DNA of 63,918 nt, filler included, from an uncultured bacterium (GTDB taxonomy: Bacteria; CAZSTA01): the NCBI GenBank assembly GCA_964609495.1. It is 3 parts of 3 records of this genome, joined end to end, with 100 filler letters (N's around TTAATTAATTAA, not from the genome) between each part and the next. Parts side by side here need not be neighbours in the genome. Positions count along the whole stretch, not along the records: positions 1 to 26,008 come from CAZSTA010000029.1; 2 more parts are not named here. The stretch is one strand, 5' to 3'. The translations under genes and the position numbers were made by a program. Numbering within the stretch: position 1 is the first letter of the stretch; the number at the start of each line of letters is the position of its first letter. Under the pieces are notes generated by a model. The model did not search any database. It saw only the letters and a list, made by a program, of their open reading frames with translations, and was not told the DNA's origin. Below, in pieces: positions 9,572 through 18,258 of the stretch.

Positions 9572-10768
9572 ATGAGGATATTAATGCTTACTCCAGAACC
9601 ATTTTTCCAACCCAGAGGCACTCCCTTCAGCGTGTATCATCGTGCTGAGACCCTGGGAAAGTTAGGATATGAAGTCGATATATTGACCTATCCCCTTGGT
9701 AAAGACGTAAAATTAGAGAATGTCAACATCTATCGTATTCCCAAGATCCCCTTCATAAAGCACGTCAAAGTGGGGCCTTCCTTAACTAAATTACCTTTAG
9801 ATTTCCTCCTCTTTATCGAGGCTTTTGTCAAGCTCCTTTCCGGGAAATACGATTGTATTCACTCCCACGAAGAGGCGGTCTTTATCGCCTCGCTCCTGAA
9901 GATCATCTTCGGAAAACCTTCGGTCTATGATATGCACTCCAGCCTACCTCAACAGTTGGAGAACTTCGATTTCATCCGTAATAAAACGATCATCAGGATA
10001 GCTAAAGTGCTAGAGCGATGGGCCTTAAAGATATCGGACATTACTATAGTTATCTGCCCTGCTCTGCGCGATACTGTCCGCAATATCGCTCCTACAAAGC
10101 AGGTGATACTGATCGAGAATGTTGCGGGAAGCGATGATTGTGAGGTGCCCCCATCTGTTTTGAAAAAGATCCGAGAGGAATTAGGGATCGATAGCCAACC
10201 AGTGATACTGTATGCGGGAACTTTTGAGCCATATCAGGGATTAGATATTCTGATCGGAGGTATTCCCCTGGTTGTTAGAGATTATCCTCAGGTGAGATAT
10301 GTATTGGCTGGAGGCGATCCCCATCAAGTGGAGGAGATGAAGAGATTAGCCGAATCTCTCAAAGTCGGCGATAATGTCCTCTTCTTAGGGAAGAGACCCC
10401 CTGATGATATACCACCTCTCCTGGCTATGGCTGATATCTTAGTATCCCCTCGCAAGAAAGGTACCAACACTCCCCTTAAGATCTACTCCTATCTTCGTTC
10501 GGGGAAGCCTATCGTAGCGACCGATCTCTCCACTCATACTCAGGTTTTAACCAAGGAGACTGCGATACTGACCGAACCTGAGGCGAACTCTTTTGCTCAG
10601 GGGATCATAGATCTACTAAAAGACGAGGAGTTAAGAAAAACTATCGGTAGAAGAGGAAGAGAATTAGCAGAGACCGAATATAGCTATGAGATGTTTGTTA
10701 AGAAAACCGAGCTGGTATATGAATATATCGAGGGTTTAATTAGTAAAGGTTATAGAGAAAATGAATGA
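9572..10768 (+). CDS. GT4 glycosyltransferase
   Basis: GT-B motifs YAGTFEPYQG, PLKIYSYLRSGKPIVATD. Confidence 0.9.
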   Translation: MRILMLTPEPFFQPRGTPFSVYHRAETLGKLGYEVDILTYPLGKDVKLENVNIYRIPKIPFIKHVKVGPSLTKLPLDFLLFIEAFVKLLSGKYDCIHSHEEAVFIASLLKIIFGKPSVYDMHSSLPQQLENFDFIRNKTIIRIAKVLERWALKISDITIVICPALRDTVRNIAPTKQVILIENVAGSDDCEVPPSVLKKIREELGIDSQPVILYAGTFEPYQGLDILIGGIPLVVRDYPQVRYVLAGGDPHQVEEMKRLAESLKVGDNVLFLGKRPPDDIPPLLAMADILVSPRKKGTNTPLKIYSYLRSGKPIVATDLSTHTQVLTKETAILTEPEANSFAQGIIDLLKDEELRKTIGRRGRELAETEYSYEMFVKKTELVYEYIEGLISKGYRENE

Positions 10769-13460
10769 AGAGAATAGTATCGAAGAACTCTCCCAATTAG
10801 ATATAGATAGAGTTATTCGTATGAGTAGCGGTAGAGTCGAGGAAAACGTCAAGATAAAAATTATAATTCCTCTTCTGAAGATGTTAGGATATGATGTTAA
10901 GAGAGATATGGATTTCGAGCATCATGTCAGAAATGGAAGAGCGGATATAGCTTTGATATTCGAAGGTCAACCCAAGTTAATTGTGGAAACAAAGGATCTC
11001 GATGAAAATTTAGATAATCATATAGAACAAGCGCTCGATTATGCCTTTAAGAAAGGAGTGGATTGGGTATTATTAACTAACGGGATTGAAACAAGGCTAT
11101 ACAAATCTTACATATCAGGAGTTCTTCCAGAAGATAGATTGCTCTTTTCTACTAGGCTAAATGACCTTCCTCAAACTTTCTCAGAACTCTGGGATAGAAT
11201 ATCGAAGGAAAATTTACCAACTGCTGAGAGGATAACAAAAGAGGCAGAGTATATCAGAGAAAGGATAACTGCTAAAAGTTTGATAAGAGATCTAACAGAT
11301 TGTAAAGATATACTATTCCAAGATCTTTTTGAGCAGTTTAAGGACAGATATGACAAAGAGGAGGATTTTAGAGATCTGATAAATAATTGGGCTGAGAAGG
11401 TAAAGATGGATATTAAAGATCCTCAGTTTATTGATAATCTTTGCAAAGAAGGTGCTTATACCCTAATAAATAGGATATTATTCTTGAGGATTTGTGAGGA
11501 TAAAGGGTATATAAAAGCTAAATTGAGTAAGGAAAACATAGCTGATTTGAGGCGAATGGTCGAGAAACCTATCAGAATTCTAAATTTAGCTTTTGAAGAG
11601 GTCGGAGATAGATTCGAAAGATTATACAAATCTCCTCTATTTGATAACATAAACTTTGATACTATTAGATGGAACGAAAAAACTATCAATTATATCTTAG
11701 ATAAACTGGGAGAGCACGATTTCAGCAGAATTAGTAGAGATATATTAGGGATGGCTTATGAACAACACATAACTGGAGAGGAAAGGAAGCAGTTGGGACA
11801 ATTCTATACTCCTGATTTCGTAATTGACTATATCCTAGATAATACCCTGAATATAGTTCTTAATGAGAAATCGGTGGAAGATATAAAGATATTAGATCCC
11901 GCTTGTGGTTCAGGAGGTTTTTTGATAAGAGCGTATAATAGGCTTAGAGAACGATATAGAGAAGAGAGATGGGCTGAGGAGGTGATTCATGAGCAGATAT
12001 TGAAGAATAATATACATGGGATCGATATTAATCCATTCGCCACCCAATTAACGGTGATGAATTTATTGCTCAAGGATCTCGATCACCCCACTGGAGAGAT
12101 CAACATAGTTGAAGGAGATAGTTTAGATAAAAGATTTGACAATTTCTTAGACCTAGATGCTTTTAATAATGATGCTCCGATCACCAAAGTTGTGAGAGGG
12201 AATAAGAAGAGTTCTTTAGTGAAGTTACTCCAGAAGCGCCCTTTTGATATTATTATAGGTAATCCTCCTTATATCGGTAAAAGAACCTATCTCCTCCCTA
12301 GTGATAAAAAGAGATTCAAGCAACAGTATTACTGCGCTCAAGGGAGATATGAGATCTATCGCTTTTTTATCGAGCGAGGCATCGAGTTGTTAAGAGATGG
12401 CGGAATGCTAGGTTTTATTGTGCCTCATACCTGGTTGGTGCTGGAGCAAGCAGAGAAACTCAGGAACTTTGTATTAAATAATTGCAAGATAATTTCAATA
12501 GCAACTTTATCGGTTAAAGCGTTTGAGACAGTAGTGGATAATATAATTATTATATTACAGAAGGAAGCTGAAGCAAAAGCTCGAAAAACTAATAAAATAG
12601 AGATCAGAGTTCTGGGTCTCAATGGTTTAAGAAAGGATCGCAATATCTCTCAGGAAAAGTGGTGCGTTAATAAAAATCAGATTTTCGATATCTATAGTGA
12701 TGATAGGACTTCGGAATTGATTGCAAAGATAGAGCAAGGTAGTCTGAAGTTAGAGAGCATCGGTGATGTCAGAGATGGAATAATAGTTGGAAGAATTAAG
12801 GATATAGCCTTTTCTGATAAGAAACTTGATAGCGCCTATCAAAAAGTTCTATTCGGAAGAGATATTGAAAGGTATAGCAAACGTTGGGGAGGTATGTTCG
12901 TTTGTAGAGATAAGGATAGACTATTAAGGATTGAGAAAGAAAGAGTCGGAGAAAGAGAAGTTGGACTTAGGTTGAGAGAGGAAAAAATATTCAAGAGAGA
13001 GAAAATACTAACTAGAAAAACTGCTGATCGCCTAATCGCTTGTTATGATAATGAAGGGCATTATTACGATCATAGTTTGCATGGAACTTCAGTAACTTCG
13101 GATGATTTTGAGATAAAATATATCCTGGCTCTATTAAACTCTAAGCTCTTAGAGTGGTATTATAAAAGCGATCCCTTCCAGAAGAAGCGAACTTTTCCTC
13201 AAGTTAGAATCAGCAAGTTAAAGAGCTTACCCATAAGGAAGGCATCACCAGAACAGCAGAATGAAATAAAACTATTAGTAGATAAAAATTTGGTGTTGAA
13301 TGAACAGTTATGTGATCCTGCCTTTGGGGAAAAGAGAGCGGACATCCAAAAGGAGATAGAGCTTATAGATAAAAGGATAGACGAGAAAGTATTCGAGTTG
13401 TATGAGATGACTGAAGAGGAGAGAGAATTTATCAGAAGAGATTTAGCAGAGGGCGAATAG
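10761..13460 (+). CDS. Fused restriction-modification enzyme (Type IIG/IIC-like: HsdR_N-like nuclease, N6-adenine MTase, TaqI-like TRD)
   Basis: N-terminal PD-(D/E)xK-like EENVK..RADIAL..VETK..QALDYA..LTNG; GQFYTP, DPACGSGGFL (motif I) preceding NPPY (motif IV), i.e. gamma class; C-terminal LALLNSKLL TRD. Confidence 0.9.
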   Translation: MNEENSIEELSQLDIDRVIRMSSGRVEENVKIKIIIPLLKMLGYDVKRDMDFEHHVRNGRADIALIFEGQPKLIVETKDLDENLDNHIEQALDYAFKKGVDWVLLTNGIETRLYKSYISGVLPEDRLLFSTRLNDLPQTFSELWDRISKENLPTAERITKEAEYIRERITAKSLIRDLTDCKDILFQDLFEQFKDRYDKEEDFRDLINNWAEKVKMDIKDPQFIDNLCKEGAYTLINRILFLRICEDKGYIKAKLSKENIADLRRMVEKPIRILNLAFEEVGDRFERLYKSPLFDNINFDTIRWNEKTINYILDKLGEHDFSRISRDILGMAYEQHITGEERKQLGQFYTPDFVIDYILDNTLNIVLNEKSVEDIKILDPACGSGGFLIRAYNRLRERYREERWAEEVIHEQILKNNIHGIDINPFATQLTVMNLLLKDLDHPTGEINIVEGDSLDKRFDNFLDLDAFNNDAPITKVVRGNKKSSLVKLLQKRPFDIIIGNPPYIGKRTYLLPSDKKRFKQQYYCAQGRYEIYRFFIERGIELLRDGGMLGFIVPHTWLVLEQAEKLRNFVLNNCKIISIATLSVKAFETVVDNIIIILQKEAEAKARKTNKIEIRVLGLNGLRKDRNISQEKWCVNKNQIFDIYSDDRTSELIAKIEQGSLKLESIGDVRDGIIVGRIKDIAFSDKKLDSAYQKVLFGRDIERYSKRWGGMFVCRDKDRLLRIEKERVGEREVGLRLREEKIFKREKILTRKTADRLIACYDNEGHYYDHSLHGTSVTSDDFEIKYILALLNSKLLEWYYKSDPFQKKRTFPQVRISKLKSLPIRKASPEQQNEIKLLVDKNLVLNEQLCDPAFGEKRADIQKEIELIDKRIDEKVFELYEMTEEEREFIRRDLAEGE

Positions 13461-15363
13461 AAGGGGGATTATCCTTGCGAGAGCAGACGGAGTTATTAGC
13501 TACTCTATTCGATAACCTAAACTTTGATGATATTAAATGGAGCGAGGAAACTATCAACTATATCTTAGATAAGCTGGGAGGGAATGATTTCAGCAGGATT
13601 AGTAGGGATATATTAGGGATGGCTTATGAACAACATATAACTAGAGAGGAAAGGAAGCAATTAGGACAATTCTACACTCCTGATTTCGTAATTGATTATA
13701 TTCTAGATAATACCCTAGATGTAGTTCTTAATGAAAAATCGATAGAAGATATAAAGATATTAGATCCAGCCTGTGGTTCAGGAGGTTTTCTGATAAGAGC
13801 GTATAATAGGCTTAGAGAACGATATAGAGAAGAGAGATGGGCTGAGGAGGTGATTCACGAGCAGATATTAAAGAATAATCTCTATGGGATCGATATCAAT
13901 CCCTTTGCCACTCAATTAACGGTGATGAATTTATTGCTTAAGGATCTCGACCATCCCACTGAAGAGATCAATATAGTTGAAGGAGACAGTTTAGATAAAA
14001 GGTTTGACAATGCCTTAGACTTAGATACCTTTAATAATGATGCTCCGATCACCAAAGTTGTCAGAGGGAATAAGAGAGGCTCTTTAGTGAAGTTACTACA
14101 GAAACGCCCCTTTGATATTATTATAGGCAATCCTCCTTATATTGGTGGGAAGACTTATATACTCCCTAGGGAGAAAAAGAGATTCAAGCAACAGTATTAC
14201 TGTGCTCAGGGTATGTATGAGATCCATCGCTTTTTTATCGAGCGAGGTATAGAATTATTGAGAGATGGCGGAATGCTAGGTTTTATCGTGCCTCATACCT
14301 GGTTGGTGTTGGAGCAAGCAGAGAAACTTAGAAATTTTGTATTGAATAATTGCCGAATAATTTCAATAGCAACTTTATCGACTAAGGTATTCGATGCTTC
14401 AGTAGATACCATAATTGTTATATTAAAGAAGGAGGCAAATCCAGAAGAGCGGACAGCTAATGAGGTAGAGATTATAAGCTTAGAGCAAAGCGAGGTTAAG
14501 GAGGAGCGTAGAATATCTCAAAAGAATTGGCTCTCCACTAATAAGCAAGTTTTCGATATCTATAGCGATGATAGAACTTCGGAATTGGTCGCGAAAATAG
14601 AGCAAGGTAGTTTGAAGTTGGAGAGTATCGGTGATGTCAGAGATGGAATAATGGCTGGAAGAATTAAGGATATAGCTTATTCCGATAAAAAGCTGGATAG
14701 CACCTACCGAAAAGTTCTATTTGGAAGGGATATAGAAAGATATAATAAACATTGGGGAGGTATGTTCGTTTGTAGAGATAAGGATAAGCTATTAAAGATC
14801 GAGAAGGAAAGAGTTGGAGAAAGAGAAGTTGGACTTAGGCTGAGGGAAGAGGAGATATTCAAAAAAGAGAAGATTTTAACTAGAAAAACTGCTGATCATC
14901 TAATCGCTTGCTATGATAATGAGGGATACTATTACGATCAAAGTTTGCTTGGAGCTTGGGTAACTTCGGATGATTTTGAGATAAAATATATCTTGGCTCT
15001 ATTTAATTCCAAACTCTTCGAGTGGTATTATAAAAGCGATCCCTTTCAAAAGAAACGAACTTTCCCTCAAATTAGAAATAGCAAGTTAAAGAGCTTACCC
15101 ATAAAGAAGGCATCACCAGAGAAGCAGAATGAGATAAAACTATTAGTAGATAAAATTTTAGTATTGAACGAACAATTATACGATCCTACTTCTGAGGAGA
15201 AGAAAGCGGATATCCGAAATGAGATAAAGCTTATAGATAGAGAGATAGATGAGAAAATATTCGAGTTGTATGGGGTGATTGAAGAGGAGAGGGGATTTAT
15301 CAGAAGAGATTTAGCAGAGGGCGAATAGAAGGGGGATTATCCTTGCGAGAGCAGACGGAGTTA
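11635..15363 (+). repeat. 1868-bp imperfect tandem duplication (about 11635-13495 and 13503-15363), including a 69-bp identical segment (13427-13495 = 15295-15363)
   Basis: Homologous landmarks offset by exactly 1868 nt at both ends (ctctatt at 11635/13503; stop TAG at 13460/15328). Confidence 0.95.
13475..15328 (+). CDS. Nuclease-less paralog (N6-adenine MTase + TRD) of the upstream RM enzyme, formed by tandem duplication
   Basis: Colinear with the C-terminal ~610 aa of 10761..13460; intact GQFYTP, DPACGSG and NPPY; N-terminal MREQTEL identical to the acetyltransferase start. Confidence 0.85.
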   Translation: MREQTELLATLFDNLNFDDIKWSEETINYILDKLGGNDFSRISRDILGMAYEQHITREERKQLGQFYTPDFVIDYILDNTLDVVLNEKSIEDIKILDPACGSGGFLIRAYNRLRERYREERWAEEVIHEQILKNNLYGIDINPFATQLTVMNLLLKDLDHPTEEINIVEGDSLDKRFDNALDLDTFNNDAPITKVVRGNKRGSLVKLLQKRPFDIIIGNPPYIGGKTYILPREKKRFKQQYYCAQGMYEIHRFFIERGIELLRDGGMLGFIVPHTWLVLEQAEKLRNFVLNNCRIISIATLSTKVFDASVDTIIVILKKEANPEERTANEVEIISLEQSEVKEERRISQKNWLSTNKQVFDIYSDDRTSELVAKIEQGSLKLESIGDVRDGIMAGRIKDIAYSDKKLDSTYRKVLFGRDIERYNKHWGGMFVCRDKDKLLKIEKERVGEREVGLRLREEEIFKKEKILTRKTADHLIACYDNEGYYYDQSLLGAWVTSDDFEIKYILALFNSKLFEWYYKSDPFQKKRTFPQIRNSKLKSLPIKKASPEKQNEIKLLVDKILVLNEQLYDPTSEEKKADIRNEIKLIDREIDEKIFELYGVIEEERGFIRRDLAEGE

Positions 15364-16107
15364 CAAACTCATTTGCTAGATAGGAAGAAATCGAATTTAG
15401 CTAAATATCAGGATATGGTGATAGGTAAACCTGGTCTGGCAGACTTACTCAAATATGAGCTGATGACTTTCCTTCTAGCTCCTATGCCCGGGGCTTTGGG
15501 ATTGTGGTTGAGGGGGAAATTATATCCGCATCTGTTGGGAAAGATAGGGCGAAATATCATTATGGGAAGGAACATCACTTTAAGACACCCTCATAAGATC
15601 AGATTGGGAAGTAATATAATCATTGATGACAATTGTGTCCTGGATGCTAAGGGAGAGGAGAACGAAGGGATAACCATAGGTGATAATGTATCTATAAGCA
15701 GAAATACGATTCTTGCCTGTAAAAATGGGACTATCGAGATTGGGGAGGGCTGTCTTATTGGGATTAACTGTATGATCCATTCGGAGAAGATGGTCAAATT
15801 GGGGAAGTATGTCCTGATCGCCGCTTATTGTTATATAATCGGGGGAGGAGATCATAATTATGATCGAACTGATATCCCGATTATGGCTCAAGGAACCGTT
15901 TCAAAGGGGATCGTTATAGAGGATGATGTTTGGCTTGGCGCAGGAGTGAAGATATCGGACGGAGTTACTATAGGGACTGGAAGCATCATCGGAACTTCTG
16001 CGGTGGTCCTTAAGGATATACCGCCCTATAGCATAGCCTATGGAGTGCCGGCTAAGGTTATAAAGAGTAGAAAGCCCAGAGAAGATGAGTTCGTGGAGCA
16101 AAGTTAG
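15343..16107 (+). CDS. Hexapeptide-repeat (LbH) sugar acyltransferase
   Basis: IxIGxx hexapeptide repeats, IEDDVWLGAG, GVPAKVIK; TTG start after GAAGGGGG. Confidence 0.9.
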   Translation: MREQTELQTHLLDRKKSNLAKYQDMVIGKPGLADLLKYELMTFLLAPMPGALGLWLRGKLYPHLLGKIGRNIIMGRNITLRHPHKIRLGSNIIIDDNCVLDAKGEENEGITIGDNVSISRNTILACKNGTIEIGEGCLIGINCMIHSEKMVKLGKYVLIAAYCYIIGGGDHNYDRTDIPIMAQGTVSKGIVIEDDVWLGAGVKISDGVTIGTGSIIGTSAVVLKDIPPYSIAYGVPAKVIKSRKPREDEFVEQS

Positions 16108-16143
16108 CTCCTCAATCCTCATTCATCATATTCTTAAATACAC

Positions 16144-16172
16144 TTGTCTATTAGCTATAAATATGTTAAAAT
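16144..16172 (+). promoter_or_regulatory. sigma70/sigmaA-type promoter
   Basis: TTGTCT-17-TAAAAT with TG extension, upstream of 16235. Confidence 0.55.
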
Positions 16173-16234
16173 ATAATTGGTGATAAAAATAGAGAGGCTA
16201 GAAGAAATTCTATCCTCTAGTCAGGATAGTTGTT

Positions 16235-17059
16235 ATGGAAGTATATGCTCTAATTGGGGAGACGGGAACTGGAAAGAGCCACAACGCTCTAACAGTAGCC
16301 AATAAATACAATATCGATGCTATAATAGATGATGGGCTATTGATTCGCGATAGCCTTATCCTAGCAGGTTATTCGGCTAAAAGAGAATCCAATAAGATTC
16401 AAGCCATTAAGAGAGCTCTCTTCCTCGAACGATCTCATTGTGAAGAGGTCAAAAACGCCATCAAAGAGTTTAACCTCTCCAAGATTCTCATCTTAGGAAC
16501 CTCCAGGAAGATGATAGATAAGATCGTGGATGTTCTGGAGTTACCTGTCCCTTCCACCTTTATTGATATAGAAGATGTATCCTCTAAGGGTCAGATCGAA
16601 GAGGCAAGGAGAGTAAGGCTCTCAGATGGAATACATGCTGTCCCTGTTCCTAGGATCCAGGTTAAGAAAAAAATCCCTTTCTTTCTGTTGGATTCCTTGT
16701 ATAGCTTTTACAGGAAGAATCCAACCTCAAAACGACGGACGAGGTCGGAGAAATCGATTGTTCGACCTCCCTTCAGTTATCTAGGTAAATTGGTGATCTC
16801 TGATGATGCAGTTATCACTATAGTTAAGAAGTGCCTTGAGAGCCATCCTAATCTAGCGAATCTAGAGCAGGCAAAAGTGGAGCTTAAGAATGACGGATTA
16901 GTGATAAATCTCTCTATAATAGTGGATTATGGCATCAATGCTACCAGGGTCGCCCAGAGGATTCAGTATAAGGTTATAGATGAGGTTGAGCATCTAACTG
17001 GTTTAAATGTTATAAGGGTAAACGTTACCGTTCGAGGATTTGGCTCCCCTAATAGTTAA
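16235..17059 (+). CDS. P-loop NTPase fused to Asp23/Gls24 domain
   Basis: GETGTGKS, IIDDGLLI; C-terminal VEHLTGLNVIRVNVTV Asp23 signature. Confidence 0.8.
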   Translation: MEVYALIGETGTGKSHNALTVANKYNIDAIIDDGLLIRDSLILAGYSAKRESNKIQAIKRALFLERSHCEEVKNAIKEFNLSKILILGTSRKMIDKIVDVLELPVPSTFIDIEDVSSKGQIEEARRVRLSDGIHAVPVPRIQVKKKIPFFLLDSLYSFYRKNPTSKRRTRSEKSIVRPPFSYLGKLVISDDAVITIVKKCLESHPNLANLEQAKVELKNDGLVINLSIIVDYGINATRVAQRIQYKVIDEVEHLTGLNVIRVNVTVRGFGSPNS

Positions 17060-17098
17060 AGGGGAGATCGTCGCTTCTTCAGAGTAATACGAATTTCC

Positions 17099-17593
17099 TT
17101 GGTTATGAAGGAGAAGATAGCTATGGAAACTACCTTTGTTATGATCAAACCAGATGGAGTGCAGAGGAACTTAGTTGGAGAGATCATCTCTCGCTTCGAG
17201 AAAAAGGGTTTGAAGATAGTCGGGCTAAAGATGTTGATGCTCTCAAGGGAGATGGCAGAGGAACTCTACGATGAACATCGGGATAAATATTTCTTCAAAT
17301 ATTTAATCGAATTTGTAACCTCAGGGCCAGTCGTCGTTTTAGCTCTCTGGGGAAAAGGGGCAATCGGTATGGTTAGAGCTATGATGGGAGCTTTGGAACC
17401 TCTGGAAGCCGCTCCTGGAACTATAAGGGGAGATTACTCCCTTGATATAAGATATAATCTTATTCATGGCTCCGGCACCGAGGAAGAAGCGTTAAGAGAG
17501 CTAGCTATTCTCTTTCCCGAGGGATTGATTACTTATGATAAAAGTGAAACCGAATGGCTGAATTTGAAAGGTGAGGAGGTGAGTTTAGAATGA
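17099..17593 (+). CDS. ndk: Nucleoside diphosphate kinase (start possibly 17105 or 17123)
   Basis: TFVMIKPDGVQR, PGTIRGD, NLIHGS. Confidence 0.95.
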   Translation: MVMKEKIAMETTFVMIKPDGVQRNLVGEIISRFEKKGLKIVGLKMLMLSREMAEELYDEHRDKYFFKYLIEFVTSGPVVVLALWGKGAIGMVRAMMGALEPLEAAPGTIRGDYSLDIRYNLIHGSGTEEEALRELAILFPEGLITYDKSETEWLNLKGEEVSLE

Positions 17594-18240
17594 AGATAAA
17601 ATGGTGGGGACATTCCTCATTTTTAATAACTTCCGATGAGGGAGTAAGGATTCTTACCGATCCTTATAAGACTGGGGGATCGATGGGATATTCGAGGATT
17701 ACAGAAGAGGTAGATATAGTTACGATAAGCCATGAGCATTCAGATCATAACTATACAGCCGACTTAAAGGGAAGACCTCAGCTAATTAGAGGAGGCGGAA
17801 CTAAGAAGGCTGAGGGTATCTCTTTTAAGGGAGTTCAGGCTTATCACGATCCGAATAAGGGTAAGATAAGGGGAGCTAATACCATCTTTTCTTGCGAAAT
17901 CGATGGGGTAACCTTCTGTCATCTAGGAGATCTAGGACATACCCTCTCTGATAAACAAGCGGAGGAAATAGGCAAGGTGGATATCTTATTTGTTCCGGTA
18001 GGAGGGCATTTCACCATTGATGCCCAAGAGGCAACTCAAGTCGTCGAAAAATTAAAACCAAAGATAGTTATACCTATTCACTATAAGACCAAGGTTTCAG
18101 GATTTCCCATAGCTTCTGTAGATCCTTTTCTAAAAGGAAAGGATAATGTTCGAAGAATAGATTCGACTGAGGTAGAATTTAGCAGAGATGAGCTTCCTGA
18201 TGAGACTGAGATCTGGGTTTTGAAATACGTTGGTCAGTAA
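17590..18240 (+). CDS. MBL-fold metallo-hydrolase (Lactamase_B_3)
   Basis: WWGHSSF, SHEHSDH, HLGDLG, IPIHY. Confidence 0.9.
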   Translation: MKIKWWGHSSFLITSDEGVRILTDPYKTGGSMGYSRITEEVDIVTISHEHSDHNYTADLKGRPQLIRGGGTKKAEGISFKGVQAYHDPNKGKIRGANTIFSCEIDGVTFCHLGDLGHTLSDKQAEEIGKVDILFVPVGGHFTIDAQEATQVVEKLKPKIVIPIHYKTKVSGFPIASVDPFLKGKDNVRRIDSTEVEFSRDELPDETEIWVLKYVGQ

Positions 18241-18258
18241 TGAGGAGGAAGAAGTTTA

